This document shows, one piece after another, positions 63,236 to 64,000 of a stretch of 64,000 nucleotides of DNA. This stretch comes from Iphione sp. A-MEVVRFRX5 (Eukaryota). Below the pieces are notes generated by a model that saw nothing but the letters and a program-made list of their open reading frames with translations, ran no database searches and had not been told where the DNA came from. The translations under genes were made by a program, and so were the position numbers. The stretch spans positions 126,356,001 through 126,420,000 of the forward strand of contig OZ320314.1 in NCBI GenBank assembly GCA_976226885.1, given 5' to 3'. Each line of letters opens with the position of its first letter. The stretch's first letter is position 1.

Positions 63236-63470
63236 ATTGGTTACTGGAAGATCACCCACACTCCCTAATATGGGGGAAGCTCCCTGATTCGGTAAAAGGT
63301 ATTCTATGACTTGTTACTATGTATCCTTCACTAGTGAAACTGTACTCATTGGTCAGAAAGGTTCTATAAATATGATACTTGGTTGCTATTGAGGGAGCTG
63401 CCCCCTCATTCGTCATATCATACAACAAGATCACTGATTGGCTAACTGTGGCTCATACAGACTATATAAA
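63236..63470 (+). promoter_or_regulatory. Possible promoter: three ATTGG (inverted CCAAT) boxes and a TATA box
   Basis: ATTGG at 63236, 63348 and 63437; TATATAAA at 63463-63470. No downstream gene visible in the window. Confidence 0.2.
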
Positions 63471-64000
63471 CACTGGCTTTGGAAGGAAATACACAGTTTG
63501 AAACTGGACTCTGGTTTGTTTACAACTTTATTCATCCACATCTTACAGTACCCAAGGTACTGGATGTGATCCTCTTAGAGTGCAGCGAGAGTGTAACTGC
63601 TTTATTTAGGAAAACAAGATCCTTTTATAAATGTCTGGCTATAAGATTAGCTACAAGGTTACATAATGCATTGATTCTTAGCATAAAAATTACATAAGAC
63701 CCTTGGCAAATCAGAATTGGAATATGAGGAAGTTACATATGTGAGTTATAACAAATACGTAATGAATCAAAATTATGCTCTAGCCAGAGATATATCCCTA
63801 CCACAATATATTACACAGTGTAGGAATACCTGAATATATATATGCATACAAACATTATATATATTGAATGACCAACATATAGATAAATATTTGGAGGTGG
63901 CTAACACAAAACTAGGCTGTATTATTAACACACAAGACAATATTCTTAATGATTCTCATTGAGCTTTTAAAGAGGTGAGCCACAAAGATAGCTGAATCAG

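Overview
AT-rich, CpG-poor, intron-containing eukaryotic DNA, most likely from an invertebrate animal (inferred from the transposon repertoire). The only host genes I can support are three tandem + strand paralogs encoding SABATH/Methyltransf_7-like SAM-dependent small-molecule methyltransferases, assembled by hand from GT-AG exons with matching phases. Copy A (13054-20154, 8 coding exons, 351 aa) and copy C (39899-44004, 8 coding exons, 355 aa) are complete. Copy B (31247-33956) has open exons 3-8, but I could not find exons 1-2; a LINE pile-up sits where they should be. The remainder is mobile-element DNA: a young 5'-truncated CR1/L2-group LINE with an uninterrupted 890-aa ORF2 and several older relatives, a decayed Rex1/Babar-like LINE, two Gypsy integrase relics, a Penelope-like element with terminal direct repeats carrying hammerhead-like cores, a decayed Crypton-type tyrosine recombinase, a piggyBac-like TTAA element in a three-level nest, several foldback/MITE elements and a 20-bp minisatellite. 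I found no rRNA, intact tRNA or CRISPR array. All family assignments come from motif recognition; no database searches were run.
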